Source of the DNA: a virus
Lineage: Duplodnaviria; Caudoviricetes
Strand: one strand, 5' to 3'
Length of the DNA: 64,000 nt
Virus record (IMG/VR): IMGVR_UViG_2731957577_000001
Span: 134,000 to 197,999 of that record
Below the pieces are notes generated by a model. That model worked only from the letters and a program-made list of their open reading frames with translations, was not told the DNA's origin and searched no databases. This document shows positions 1 through 9,272 of the stretch, piece by piece; the first letter of the stretch is position 1, and every line of letters begins with the position of its first letter. Position numbers and translations under genes: made by a program.

Positions 1-58
1 TGGCGGGATACATGAAATCCTGCTCCTTTCCATCCGGGAAAACGAGCACGTTTCGCAT
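1..58 (-). CDS. 5' fragment of hypothetical protein running off the window (MRNVLVFPDGKEQDF...)
   Basis: ATG at 58 with GGGTGAT SD, directly after the stop of the 75..404 ORF. Confidence 0.55.
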   Translation of the reverse strand, partial: MRNVLVFPDGKEQDFMYPA

Positions 59-74
59 AGGGATCACCCGCCTT

Positions 75-404
75 TCACAAGGGCCGTAACTCAAAGGCCA
101 CAATGGAATGCTGCTGTTCCATTTTGTCACCACGATTGAGCGTGACCACATTCACAAATCCGCGGACGACGACGAAGTTGCCGATGACCAAGAGGTCCTT
201 GAAATGCTCCGCCATCTCCGTGGACATGTAGACGCGCATGGCGCCGACAAAATCGTCAATGGTGATGACGTGTAAATCCTGATCTAGAGAAAACGACTCC
301 GTGATCTTCCCTGCGACCGTCACCTCATCCCGAGGTTGAGCGCGCAGGCGAATCTCCTCGGTGAAATGCGTGACATGAGCCCGAATGTCCGCAATCGACG
401 GCAT
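75..404 (-). CDS. Stand-alone OB-fold protein resembling the DnaE (Pol III alpha) OB domain
   Basis: V.VAG.I...ITIDD..G.M.V...LL..G.FVVVRG.V pattern. Confidence 0.65.
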   Translation of the reverse strand: MPSIADIRAHVTHFTEEIRLRAQPRDEVTVAGKITESFSLDQDLHVITIDDFVGAMRVYMSTEMAEHFKDLLVIGNFVVVRGFVNVVTLNRGDKMEQQHSIVAFELRPL

Positions 405-638
405 TTACCCCTGACCTCTTTTCGTCTGTTGGTACTCAATGGCCAACTCCTCAATCAGTTGATTGACCTCGTGTTCATGGATAATGCCCTTGCGAAGCAA
501 TAACTGAAAAAGGGCGTTGACTAAAAGGTACGATGTGACGACTTCATCATTCCGGGTCACCCCTTGTGGAGTGTCCGCCAAGGAACGACGTTGCGGGATC
601 ATGTCCTCAAACAGGTCAAACTCTTGATCTTCGTTCAT
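405..638 (-). CDS. Hypothetical protein (NAL..LL.RKGII..E motif)
   Basis: Purine-rich SD before ATG at 638; abuts next gene. Confidence 0.65.
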   Translation of the reverse strand: MNEDQEFDLFEDMIPQRRSLADTPQGVTRNDEVVTSYLLVNALFQLLLRKGIIHEHEVNQLIEELAIEYQQTKRGQG

Positions 639-678
639 GAGTCTTCCTCTCCCCTCTTTGCATGCCGTGGTTATCATG

Positions 679-1329
679 TCAGTGCCCGGATTTGAGGATC
701 CTGAGCATGACTTTCGTTACGCCATAGCTTCGGTTTGCCAGGGGCACATAGATGTCGATATGGCGCCCCTTGATCGCGCCGCCTACATCGTCAGCCCTTC
801 GCACCTCCGTATGACCATCGGGAAACTTCAGTTCCACGACACTCCCAAGGGGAATGACCTTGGGATCCACAGCGATCGTGACCCCAGCTTGTACGTGCCG
901 GCCCGAAGCCGTCACGCCAAAGCCAGGGTCTCCCGGCCGCTTGCCCGTGGACTGCTCATAGGCGTCGTAATACGTGGCCTTAAAGGGCAGCCATGGATGG
1001 GCGGTGGATAGGGACTCAAGCTGTTGCAGCTTTTTCGTCGTCTGGTCAAGTTCTTGCTTCAGCTTGGCATTCTCTTGAGAGAGCTGTTGGTTCTCTTGAG
1101 AGAGATGCTGGTTTTGCTCAGAGAGTTGATGATCCTTCTCTGAGAGACGTTGGTTGTCATCTTGGAGTGCATTTTCCTTACGCTGAAGCTGCTTCATCTG
1201 AACACCTTGCGAATCGTATTCATGACGAAGCGTGCGAAGTTGAGAGCTGAAAGTGATGTGTTGGGCGATGGCAGACGCAATGAGCAGGCAAACGCCAAGC
1301 CAATACGCCATCTGTCTTCGCTTTTCCAC
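679..1329 (-). CDS. Membrane-anchored coiled-coil protein with C-terminal 3D domain (peptidoglycan lytic transglycosylase-like)
   Basis: N-terminal TM, heptad repeats (QLSQENQ), C-terminal AT.Y, TASG, IAVDPKVIPLGS, DVGGAIKG..IDIY; GTG start after GGAGG. Confidence 0.9.
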   Translation of the reverse strand: MEKRRQMAYWLGVCLLIASAIAQHITFSSQLRTLRHEYDSQGVQMKQLQRKENALQDDNQRLSEKDHQLSEQNQHLSQENQQLSQENAKLKQELDQTTKKLQQLESLSTAHPWLPFKATYYDAYEQSTGKRPGDPGFGVTASGRHVQAGVTIAVDPKVIPLGSVVELKFPDGHTEVRRADDVGGAIKGRHIDIYVPLANRSYGVTKVMLRILKSGH

Positions 1330-1363
1330 ATCAAACCTCCAGTTTTTAAGACCTTTCCCCTTC

Positions 1364-1401
1364 ATTATATACGTTTCCACAGGTCTATGCAATGTATTAC
1401 A
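1364..1401 (-). promoter_or_regulatory. Sigma-A promoter TTGCAT-17-TATAAT with 14-bp operator overlapping -35
   Basis: Minus strand reads TGTAATACATTGCATagacctgtggaaacgtaTATAAT. Confidence 0.7.
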
Positions 1402-1457
1402 AGAACACAAAAGCTCTATCCCAAAAGGACAGAGCCTTCGTTTCAAACCTGGGGTTG

Positions 1458-1736
1458 CTACATCATGGGGACTTGTCGGACCTGAGTTTCGGCTTCGTCC
1501 CGAATCGGGGCAGCCAGAGGCCGGGAAACGAGCCGTGTCGATTTCGGGGTCGGATCGCTATCCCCTGCGTTGACCGTCACCTGATCCAAGGTGATGTAGT
1601 CATTCGGGTCTGCGTACATGTGATAATACTGGTGCTGACGATCGACTTCGGCGATGGCTTTGTTCTGATCGTCATAGACAATCACATTGTCGACCGACCC
1701 GCTTCGCAGCAACGTGACGACAAATACGTCAGCCAT
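1458..1736 (-). CDS. Hypothetical protein, paralogue of 1751..1987
   Basis: AGGAGG SD; shares M.D...VT..GS...D...A...Y...D.VT...G with neighbour. Confidence 0.7.
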   Translation of the reverse strand: MADVFVVTLLRSGSVDNVIVYDDQNKAIAEVDRQHQYYHMYADPNDYITLDQVTVNAGDSDPTPKSTRLVSRPLAAPIRDEAETQVRQVPMM

Positions 1737-1750
1737 GCATCATCCCTCCT

Positions 1751-1987
1751 TTAGAACTGCTGCCAGTTGTTGAACTCACAGGCCATGCGAGCAATACGCT
1801 CCGTCTGAACCGCGCCGTTCTGTCCACTAGACAGTGTGACATGGTCAATGGCTACATAGCCATCAATCTGGCCTTTGTGCCGCCAACGAAGCTCGATGGC
1901 CTTTTGACGAGCCGTGTCTTCGTCGGTCGCCACATACATGTCGCCCAGAGAACCGCATGAATACGTGACAATGTACAGGTCGCCCAT
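1751..1987 (-). CDS. Hypothetical protein, paralogue of 1458..1736
   Basis: AGGAGG SD; upstream TTGTAA-17-TATGAT promoter. Confidence 0.7.
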   Translation of the reverse strand: MGDLYIVTYSCGSLGDMYVATDEDTARQKAIELRWRHKGQIDGYVAIDHVTLSSGQNGAVQTERIARMACEFNNWQQF

Positions 1988-2083
1988 GACTATCCCTCCT
2001 TTGGGCATAAAAAGTCCATGATGGGATAATCATAACACTCGGTGAAAGGCATTACAATACAACCGCAAAACCGGCGATAGCCG

Positions 2084-2932
2084 TCAATGCAACACCCGAG
2101 TGGATTCCTGGATCACATCCTCGGGGAGATACACGGGGCGGGAAAGTGCCGTTCGGGCATTGAAGTTCGTATAGTGAGAGACGACTTCCCCACTAGAGAG
2201 AATCGTATTGAGATACGAGGCAGCGATGAGCGCAGCCATTTCATTGGTCTGCATGCGCTGTGGCGCGTCCACCACCGTTTGGCCACAGGACTGCGTCGGA
2301 AGCCGGGAATCCTTATCCTCAAGGATATCCGGATACACCTCACCGACAGGCCCTAGAACGGTCTTCCCATGGATTTTGACACCACAGACGACATGTCCAC
2401 CATACCCGCTTTCTGCAATCTCTTCCTCGCTGCCTTCGGTCAACACAGCCTCGACACCGGTATCGATGTAGACCACCGTACCTTTGGATCCTTCAAACCA
2501 AGCATGCATCACTTGGCGAGAGGCATGATTGTCCACACAGCCAATGAGAATCCGAATGAGACGCCGGTATGCTGGAAAGACACCAAAACACGATTCAACG
2601 TCCTCAGGCGTCTCCACATACGACTCCTTATAGAACACCGGGATGTCGTAGACGGTACCATAACGCTCCGCGAGGACCTTAGACTTGGGGAGTCCAAGGT
2701 CCTCCGCGATGCAAGGCTGACGGAGAAGGTTCTTGGATTCGAACCGGTCTCCGTCGACGATGCAATAGCGAAAGCTGTCCAATGTACCTGCGGCATGGAA
2801 AGCATACAACATCTTGGCCAGTCTCTGGGTCAGGTATCCGCCATTTCCACCCGCACCTACCTGCACGATGTCAAAATGAAAATGGTGGGGCGTCCGATGA
2901 CGTGGCCAGACCCGAAGCACGGGATGAAACAT
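2084..2932 (-). CDS. ThiF/E1-like adenylyltransferase (PRTRC-type)
   Basis: VGAGGNGG, DGD, NLLRQ, GCVDN..SR, YID.G motifs, SC candidate catalytic Cys; GGAGG SD before MFHPV. Confidence 0.9.
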   Translation of the reverse strand: MFHPVLRVWPRHRTPHHFHFDIVQVGAGGNGGYLTQRLAKMLYAFHAAGTLDSFRYCIVDGDRFESKNLLRQPCIAEDLGLPKSKVLAERYGTVYDIPVFYKESYVETPEDVESCFGVFPAYRRLIRILIGCVDNHASRQVMHAWFEGSKGTVVYIDTGVEAVLTEGSEEEIAESGYGGHVVCGVKIHGKTVLGPVGEVYPDILEDKDSRLPTQSCGQTVVDAPQRMQTNEMAALIAASYLNTILSSGEVVSHYTNFNARTALSRPVYLPEDVIQESTRVLH

Positions 2933-3035
2933 ATCCTCCCTCCCGTTATGTGGAAAGTATCGCGGCAAAGCGCGGCAGAAGCAGTTGATCCTGTCGACTC
3001 AATGCCGTGTCTAGATACCGACACACTTCATAGAT

Positions 3036-3440
3036 TCAACCTTTCTTGGCTCCCTTAACGACCGGAACGATCTGTTTCTTCTCGGCATCAACCAGCATCT
3101 CGGTGCGCTCTTTTGACAGCTCAGGATAATCCGCCTCGAGCATCTGCCGGACTTCTTCCACCGTCATCTCATCCCGCGGCACGGGGATCTGATAGCCGGC
3201 ATAGTACACCATATAGTCTGTGCCAACCTTCTCAGGCGTCTTGGTGACGGTCTTCTTGACTGTGGTATTCTTCGACGACCGTTTCTGCGGCTTCGATGTT
3301 TCTGGCTCCTCAATCTCACCAAAGAGGTTGGTTACCGGTTCGTCGTCCTCTGGTTGCGGAGCGGCCGCTTCTGGTTGGTATCGATTCAATTCCTCGTTCG
3401 TGGTCACCTGATCCTCACGTTCCAGTTCCAAATCTGCCAT
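3036..3440 (-). CDS. Prokaryotic ubiquitin-like protein (PRTRC protein C-like) with acidic N-terminal extension
   Basis: Y.G..IP....MT.EEVR..L...YPEL and terminal ...GAKKG; adjacent to E1 and E2. Confidence 0.8.
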   Translation of the reverse strand: MADLELEREDQVTTNEELNRYQPEAAAPQPEDDEPVTNLFGEIEEPETSKPQKRSSKNTTVKKTVTKTPEKVGTDYMVYYAGYQIPVPRDEMTVEEVRQMLEADYPELSKERTEMLVDAEKKQIVPVVKGAKKG

Positions 3441-3455
3441 GGGTCCTCTCTCCTC

Positions 3456-3620
3456 TCAGTCCAAGGAATCATAGAATTTTCGAATCATCGAGCCGATGAT
3501 TTTCCATCCGATGTACACCACGAGAGCAAAAATCACGATGGGTGCAAGGAACATCAACACATGAAAGGCAATGTAGAGCACCAGCAAAATCAGGGCAATG
3601 AGACACAGAAATCGAAGCAC
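3456..3620 (-). CDS. Small hydrophobic membrane protein (54 aa, below ORF-track cutoff)
   Basis: GAGGTG SD, GTG start, MLRFLCLIALILLVLYIAFHVLMFLAPIVIFALVVYIGWKIIGSMIRKFYDSLD. Confidence 0.7.
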   Translation of the reverse strand: MLRFLCLIALILLVLYIAFHVLMFLAPIVIFALVVYIGWKIIGSMIRKFYDSLD

Positions 3621-3642
3621 AGGATTCACCTCATATTCTTGA

Positions 3643-4323
3643 TCACCGCCGAATGGTTTTCTCGGCCCATTCGGAGAAGGTGAGGTTCAGCGGTGTCAAA
3701 ATGTCATTGTCAAACTCACCTCCCTGAAAGGTATCAAAAACTTGGCGCAGGGGCCAACCGGTCTGATTCGACCGTCCTTGAATGTAGAGGTGGTCATTAT
3801 TCGGGGTTTGTACCCACCGATATGGAAACGTCTGTAGCTGAGTCAGAGACTTGACTTTCTCGTTGTCAAAGTAACAAAGCATCCCTCCGTGGTGGACGTT
3901 TGAATAGGGAAACTGATAGACTGGTGAATCGTCTTTCAGGAACTGGTCGGTATAACAGCACACAGCCGCATGGACCAGGCGCTCCCCTTTCACCCGGAAA
4001 GCAAAAACCATTTTGGGATAGGGCACTTGGTGAAAGGTATCCGTGTGGTACACGACGTCAAACTGTCCGCCTTCCCAGGTCAAAAAGACCCACTCCGACT
4101 CATCCCCCATCTTGGCGTATTTGACCGTCCCGGGCGGCAGGGTCGGTGACGCAGCAACGAGCTCATATTGCTGGGCGGATGATTCCGAAGGCTCAATGGA
4201 CGAGAGTTCAATATAGTGCAACAAGCGATCGGTGGTGATATGAAACGAGCGCTTGACCCCGTCGTCATCAAACTCAATCAGGGGCAAGTGCTCATCATCC
4301 AACGTGATTACAACGGCAGCCAT
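3643..4323 (-). CDS. Prokaryotic E2 family D-like protein (PRTRC protein B-like)
   Basis: VP.P.MVF and Y.FPYSNV..GG.LC motif with candidate catalytic Cys. Confidence 0.8.
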   Translation of the reverse strand: MAAVVITLDDEHLPLIEFDDDGVKRSFHITTDRLLHYIELSSIEPSESSAQQYELVAASPTLPPGTVKYAKMGDESEWVFLTWEGGQFDVVYHTDTFHQVPYPKMVFAFRVKGERLVHAAVCCYTDQFLKDDSPVYQFPYSNVHHGGMLCYFDNEKVKSLTQLQTFPYRWVQTPNNDHLYIQGRSNQTGWPLRQVFDTFQGGEFDNDILTPLNLTFSEWAEKTIRR

Positions 4324-4958
4324 AACTGTTCGTACACCTCTTCCGGAACCGGAGATACACGGCTTTTACGTTTCTGAAAGAACTCATCCCATTCCCTCCA
4401 CGACGAGATGAATTCCTCAAGGGCTGAACTCATGATATTCCAGCCTTCCGCACTCACACAAAGAATTGGGGATTCTTCATCCAGCCAACCAGCATACAGC
4501 CAATAGCCGTCATACGTTTCTCCAAAACAGGCCGCAATGCTGCGTCGAAGGTCCTGGTACCGCTCGACTTCCCAATCGAACAGCCAGAAGTTCTCCATGT
4601 CATGAAAGACGAGACGAAAGAGCAAATTCTCTCCGGGAATGCTGTCATAATCCGTGGCTTGTGGATCCTCCACGGAAACTCGGTCACCCGTAATCACCTT
4701 CAACATATCCAGAAACATGTTGGTGGTATCGCAATAGGGGTCATACCCTTCATCAAAGACGAGCAACTTTTCCTCGAGCGGATACCCGTTCATTTGCATG
4801 AGCTTCATCATGCGAAGCCGGTCAAGACACGCCAGATAATGGACGACGGTTTCATAGTCCGGGAGCATCGAACCACTCTCCCCTAAAAGAATGTGACAGA
4901 CCGCTTGGCGGCTGGCAACATGGAAAAGCCATAGATCAAATCCTTCATACGAATCCAC
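4308..4958 (-). CDS. Acidic hypothetical protein of the ubiquitin-like operon
   Basis: Long ORF overlapping neighbours in operon; start uncertain. Confidence 0.6.
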   Translation of the reverse strand: MDSYEGFDLWLFHVASRQAVCHILLGESGSMLPDYETVVHYLACLDRLRMMKLMQMNGYPLEEKLLVFDEGYDPYCDTTNMFLDMLKVITGDRVSVEDPQATDYDSIPGENLLFRLVFHDMENFWLFDWEVERYQDLRRSIAACFGETYDGYWLYAGWLDEESPILCVSAEGWNIMSSALEEFISSWREWDEFFQKRKSRVSPVPEEVYEQLWLPL

Positions 4959-5218
4959 TCATAGACGGGATGACCTTGGGCATCCTCCAGATTGTCGGCC
5001 TCAGCTGTCGGACAATACGCCATCGAATCCATGGCAAAGTCAATGCTCTGCAGGTCGATCTGTTTCAACTCCTCAAGGGTGACACGATCCCGATTGTGAA
5101 TCAGGTCAAAAAGCGGGAACTGAACCTCGGTCTGGCGAACCTCCGACTCTGGCAATGACGCCGTTGTAAGGAGAAGCTGCTTGAACTTATCGGTGTAGAT
5201 CCTTGGCACGGCGCTCAT
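4883..5218 (-). CDS. Hypothetical protein, first gene of the ubiquitin-like operon
   Basis: GGAGGAGG SD; two operator copies upstream at 5281-5312. Confidence 0.7.
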   Translation of the reverse strand: MSAVPRIYTDKFKQLLLTTASLPESEVRQTEVQFPLFDLIHNRDRVTLEELKQIDLQSIDFAMDSMAYCPTAEADNLEDAQGHPVYEWIRMKDLIYGFSMLPAAKRSVTFF

Positions 5219-5374
5219 ACTCCTCCTCCCCCCCCTTGTTCTTCAACGGCTGAATACACCATCTACCCTATGTTTCCCCATGTAATGCACTTCAAGTATG
5301 AAAAGGATTACAAGGAAGATCAACTACGGGAAAGAAAAAGCCCAGATCACGAAGTGACCCGGGCCAAAGGCGGC

Positions 5375-7237
5375 TCAGCCAGCCGCTTGCCGTCGCTCTC
5401 GGTTTTTGAGCATCCACTCGACTGCAAGTTTCGTGACATCCACCTTTCTCGCAGCCTTGCCACTCTCAAGAATCTGATCGGCCAGCTCCGCCTTGCGCTG
5501 GATAATCTCTAGGATCTGCTCATCAAACGAATTGCTCATCACGTAGTAATAGATCGTAATGTTCTTGGCACGGTTTCCGGTACGGTCAATTCGACCAATT
5601 CGTTGTTCAAGGAGCGTGTGATCCCAAGGCAAATCGATCATGACCATATAGTTCGCGACCTGCAGATTCAAGCCAGTAGAGGCCGCATCGGTGGCCACGA
5701 ACGCCTTGACGCTTGGATCCTCGACAAAGCGACGAACCGCTTCCTCCTTCTCAGAGGTCGGTAGCTGACCGTGATACAAGACACTGTTGGGAAGCTCGCG
5801 ATGAATGATTTCGGCCATGCGAGCAAACCGCGTAAAGATCACGACCTTGGATTCAGGTTCATCATAGGTCATGCTCTTATAGAATTCCTTGAGCTGCTCA
5901 ATCTTTGGAGACTTAAAGTCCTTATCTGTAATGGCCAGTTCTTTGACGATCTGGTCGGCCATCGTGGAGCCCGACATGTGAAATAGCTCAAGGGTATCAC
6001 ACGCACCCACAAGGAAGTTGTAATACCCCTGGACGCGCGCGTCGATGGCATCCAGCGCTTCCTCGGTCGAGACCAGCTGACCATGCAGGAACTGAAACGA
6101 CTTTCCGGACGAGCGGAGTTTGCTGGACTCCTCCCTCGCCTCTGCGATTTTCTCCAGGATCGCATCATGAACTTGTGCCTGTTTCGGCGTCATGTCAAGG
6201 AACAGGTGGCTATGCTGCACCTCCGGAAGCTGTTGCTGAATCTCCGGCATGTCCTTCGTCCGCCGGATGAAATGCGGCGCAATCCGGTAATGCAACTCAC
6301 CCATGTTCTGATACCCATTGATCCCGTACCGTGGATGATACTTGCAGTAACGCTCACGGAAGCGCTCCCACGGCCCCAGAATGTTCTCATCCAGAAAGTA
6401 GAACAGACTCCAAATCTCCTCGGCCTTGCCCACAACCGGGGTTGCCGTAGCGAGAAAGCGATATGGGATATGACGAAGCTGATGCACCGCCGCCGCATTT
6501 TGGGACGGCTTGAGCCGCAACATCTTGTCGGTCACACCGGTCTTGATCTTTTGGGCCTCATCGAGAGCCACAATGTCAAGCGGTAGTTTCTTGATCCGCT
6601 CCAGATAGTCCTTGGTCCGAAAGGTTTCATAGTTGACGATCAAGAAACGGACATCGCTGTTCTCGAATTTCTCAATGGCGCCAATGCGCTGCGCCGGCGT
6701 GCCGGCCACGACGATGGCGTCCTCTCCGGTAAACTTGTCAATCTCTCGCGCCCACTGACGCTTGAGGGAATTCAGGGTCACAATCAATGCCCGACGGGCC
6801 TTCCCACGCTCAAAAAGGCGCATACAGGCACCAATGAGCTGCGGGGTTTTACCTAGGCCACAGCCGTCAAATGTGGCAGCACAACCTCGGTCGACCAGGA
6901 AGTTGGCACCGACTTTTTGATATGGATACAGTGGGACCTTGAACGACGGAAAATCCGTGTCCTGCTCCCACTGGAGATGTCTCTGAACCAATTCATCTTC
7001 AATCGGGAGGCCCTCCGCCTCAACAATTTCGCGAAGCGGCGTCATCCAAATGATCTGATTTGGGAACAGCACAAGTAGACGTGAGACCTGTTCGCGGCCA
7101 CACATCCATTCCCCCGTTTTCAAGTTGAAACTCCGGCCTGGAATGGTGCGGATCTTCTCGAGGGTAAAATCAAACGTCTCTTGGGAATCAAGAATCTTCA
7201 TGTAGAGGTTCCCAAATTGCATTCGTACCTGGATCAT
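5375..7237 (-). CDS. SNF2-like SF2 helicase/ATPase
   Basis: LYPYQ, GLGKT, DEAQ, TATP, GLNLQ, QRIGRIDR motifs. Confidence 0.93.
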   Translation of the reverse strand: MIQVRMQFGNLYMKILDSQETFDFTLEKIRTIPGRSFNLKTGEWMCGREQVSRLLVLFPNQIIWMTPLREIVEAEGLPIEDELVQRHLQWEQDTDFPSFKVPLYPYQKVGANFLVDRGCAATFDGCGLGKTPQLIGACMRLFERGKARRALIVTLNSLKRQWAREIDKFTGEDAIVVAGTPAQRIGAIEKFENSDVRFLIVNYETFRTKDYLERIKKLPLDIVALDEAQKIKTGVTDKMLRLKPSQNAAAVHQLRHIPYRFLATATPVVGKAEEIWSLFYFLDENILGPWERFRERYCKYHPRYGINGYQNMGELHYRIAPHFIRRTKDMPEIQQQLPEVQHSHLFLDMTPKQAQVHDAILEKIAEAREESSKLRSSGKSFQFLHGQLVSTEEALDAIDARVQGYYNFLVGACDTLELFHMSGSTMADQIVKELAITDKDFKSPKIEQLKEFYKSMTYDEPESKVVIFTRFARMAEIIHRELPNSVLYHGQLPTSEKEEAVRRFVEDPSVKAFVATDAASTGLNLQVANYMVMIDLPWDHTLLEQRIGRIDRTGNRAKNITIYYYVMSNSFDEQILEIIQRKAELADQILESGKAARKVDVTKLAVEWMLKNRERRQAAG

Positions 7238-7428
7238 GTGCAGACCTCCCTTCTCGCTCGAATAACAAGACTCCTACTTTGCATTATAGCACAATGGGAA
7301 TGCCCGCAGTATCAAGCCTTGGATTTCACCGGTTTTCGCGGCCTTTTTCTAAAAATCGAGTGGATGTCGGTCCGGAAGGGCCTCGGTTTTTAGAAAAAGA
7401 CGGGGAGCATGAACGCTCCCCTGCCCTC

Positions 7429-8415
7429 TCACTTTGTTCCGACGAGTGTACCCCAAGCCGGCTTGTTCAGTGCGCCCCAAGTTGTCGCTTGCGAGGACGG
7501 GGTCTGGGGCGCACCAAACGAAGCATTGGGTTGGCCTTGGCCGGAAGACGCCGCAGCAAATGGATTGTTCCCGGTTCCATTGGGAACCATACCGGCAAAC
7601 AGCGGTGACGGCTGACTCTGAGGCTGTGTATTCGCTTGGGCCGGCGGTTGGACAGCCTGCGCTTGTAGCTGTTTGAGAGCTTCCGCCAACGCGTGTTCCA
7701 GAATCTCTTGCTCCACGATATATGCCATCGCCGCATACTTACTGGAGATGGGCTGTAGGTATACAATCTCCGCGTTTTCCGTGGAGATGAGCGCGCCTTG
7801 CTCACTCATGCCAGTCACCAACGCACGAATCTTCGGCTGGTCCTCCCGGCTCTCCTGGTGGATGCGGAGGAAACGCGCCTTGGAGGGGGCAAACTGAGCA
7901 TTATGCTCCACAAACGTATCGGTGTTTGCATCCCACTGCGCATCCGAACCAATCAAGTGACGCTGACCCGGAGCTGACTTGGAATCCGTGACCTTGAAGT
8001 TGATCATCAGCATGTAGAACGGACTGCGTTCGTCCGTAATGACCATGTTCACGCTGACACTGTTCTGGTTCTGACGAACGCTAAACCGCGCCACACCCGG
8101 ATACTCATACACCGCATAGGCACCGCGTTGACTCTGCTGGACTCCATCGCCGGCCCGGAATCGCTGATCCAGCGACAGCACCTCGTTATACACGGGAGTG
8201 AAGTTCGCAATCCGAAGGGCGCTGAACGTCTCCTTGCCGTCATACAGGCGCGGGTTGCCCTGCGTGTACAGACGCGGATAGTACGTCAGGCTCCAGCCCT
8301 TTGTAATGGACTCCGAGGCATCGGTGACGATGACCGGATAGGCTCCGTTTGGCGTCTGTGCCTTCACTTCGACCTTGGTGTTGGCCTTGATGATCTCCGC
8401 AATCCGATTGAACAT
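7429..8415 (-). CDS. Hypothetical protein with Q/P/G-rich disordered tail (possible ssDNA-binding or replication protein)
   Basis: AAGGAG SD before MFNRIAE; followed by terminator hairpin 7402-7421. Confidence 0.7.
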   Translation of the reverse strand: MFNRIAEIIKANTKVEVKAQTPNGAYPVIVTDASESITKGWSLTYYPRLYTQGNPRLYDGKETFSALRIANFTPVYNEVLSLDQRFRAGDGVQQSQRGAYAVYEYPGVARFSVRQNQNSVSVNMVITDERSPFYMLMINFKVTDSKSAPGQRHLIGSDAQWDANTDTFVEHNAQFAPSKARFLRIHQESREDQPKIRALVTGMSEQGALISTENAEIVYLQPISSKYAAMAYIVEQEILEHALAEALKQLQAQAVQPPAQANTQPQSQPSPLFAGMVPNGTGNNPFAAASSGQGQPNASFGAPQTPSSQATTWGALNKPAWGTLVGTK

Positions 8416-8437
8416 GCAAAACCACTCCTTTGAAGGG

Positions 8438-8548
8438 TTAATGGACTTTCTTTGCAAGCGCCCAGAGGGCGAGAATCATAAGCCAAAAGGGCAGATATTC
8501 GAGTTGACCTGTAATGACGAGCAAGATGAACGACAGCACCCAAAACAC
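8438..8548 (-). CDS. Small membrane peptide (36 aa)
   Basis: MFWVLSFILLVITGQLEYLPFWLMILALWALAKKVH fills the intergenic gap; weak SD. Confidence 0.4.
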   Translation of the reverse strand: MFWVLSFILLVITGQLEYLPFWLMILALWALAKKVH

Positions 8549-8614
8549 CGGTTTGTATCAACCCCCTGCCCTGTCGGCTTTCCCCTAAATGCGGTGATAA
8601 CCGCAACAAAGAGG

Positions 8615-9124
8615 CTACGCATAGCTCACTTCGAGGAGACGACGTTTCGCTCGTTGAGCATACTCAGAGGCAGTATGAGCGACGAGGATGTTGTTGTCAG
8701 GAATCGGAGAATCCTTCTGGTACATGACCTTGTAGTTCAACACTCTGTGTTCTGGCCCCGCCAGCAACTCATAGAGTTGCATCCATAGGTCACGGTTATG
8801 AAGGTCCTCCCCATCCCTCCGCTTGAAGTCATTGCGTGCCCATTCATGGAGGTACTTATTGATGCCCGTACTGACCTGCGGTTGCGTCGTATAGATGGTC
8901 AAAAAGCACTGGTTCCGAAGGGTCTTCACCCCTTCCACGACAGCCTTCAGCGCCATACGGGTCTGTGTGGTCTCTAACGCATAGCCAGCCAGTGTCTTTG
9001 TCACATGGCGACCTAGGAGATAGGAGTGAAGGTGTGCAGCCCACCCTCCTGCCCCATCCGAGCCGACCGATCCCGCGATCCACATCTCAACCTTGAGCCG
9101 GTCCCACACCAGCTTATTGGACAT
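8615..9124 (-). CDS. RNase HI-fold protein lacking catalytic carboxylates
   Basis: IAGS, G.GGW, TT..RMAL.AV, IYTT, N.DLW..L aligned to the RNase HI pattern. Confidence 0.8.
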   Translation of the reverse strand: MSNKLVWDRLKVEMWIAGSVGSDGAGGWAAHLHSYLLGRHVTKTLAGYALETTQTRMALKAVVEGVKTLRNQCFLTIYTTQPQVSTGINKYLHEWARNDFKRRDGEDLHNRDLWMQLYELLAGPEHRVLNYKVMYQKDSPIPDNNILVAHTASEYAQRAKRRLLEVSYA

Positions 9125-9272
9125 GCCTCTCCCCTCCCCTTGAGCTTTCTCATAGGCGGTGTGCAAAACAAAAAAGCCCCTAGAGAACCAGGAGCTTGGG
9201 TTGCCGTGGGTAATTCCCCAAAAGGCGCCGAAAGGCGCAGGAAAAAGATTGTCAGAATCATGATCCAATCGA

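Noticed and set aside
2946-3036. ~29 open codons after the Ubl stop (possible read-through extension)
   Set aside because: Length is expected by chance at this GC content
7429-7450. VGTK C-terminus resembling the PRTRC Ubl tail
   Set aside because: No terminal Gly and no Ubl-like domain
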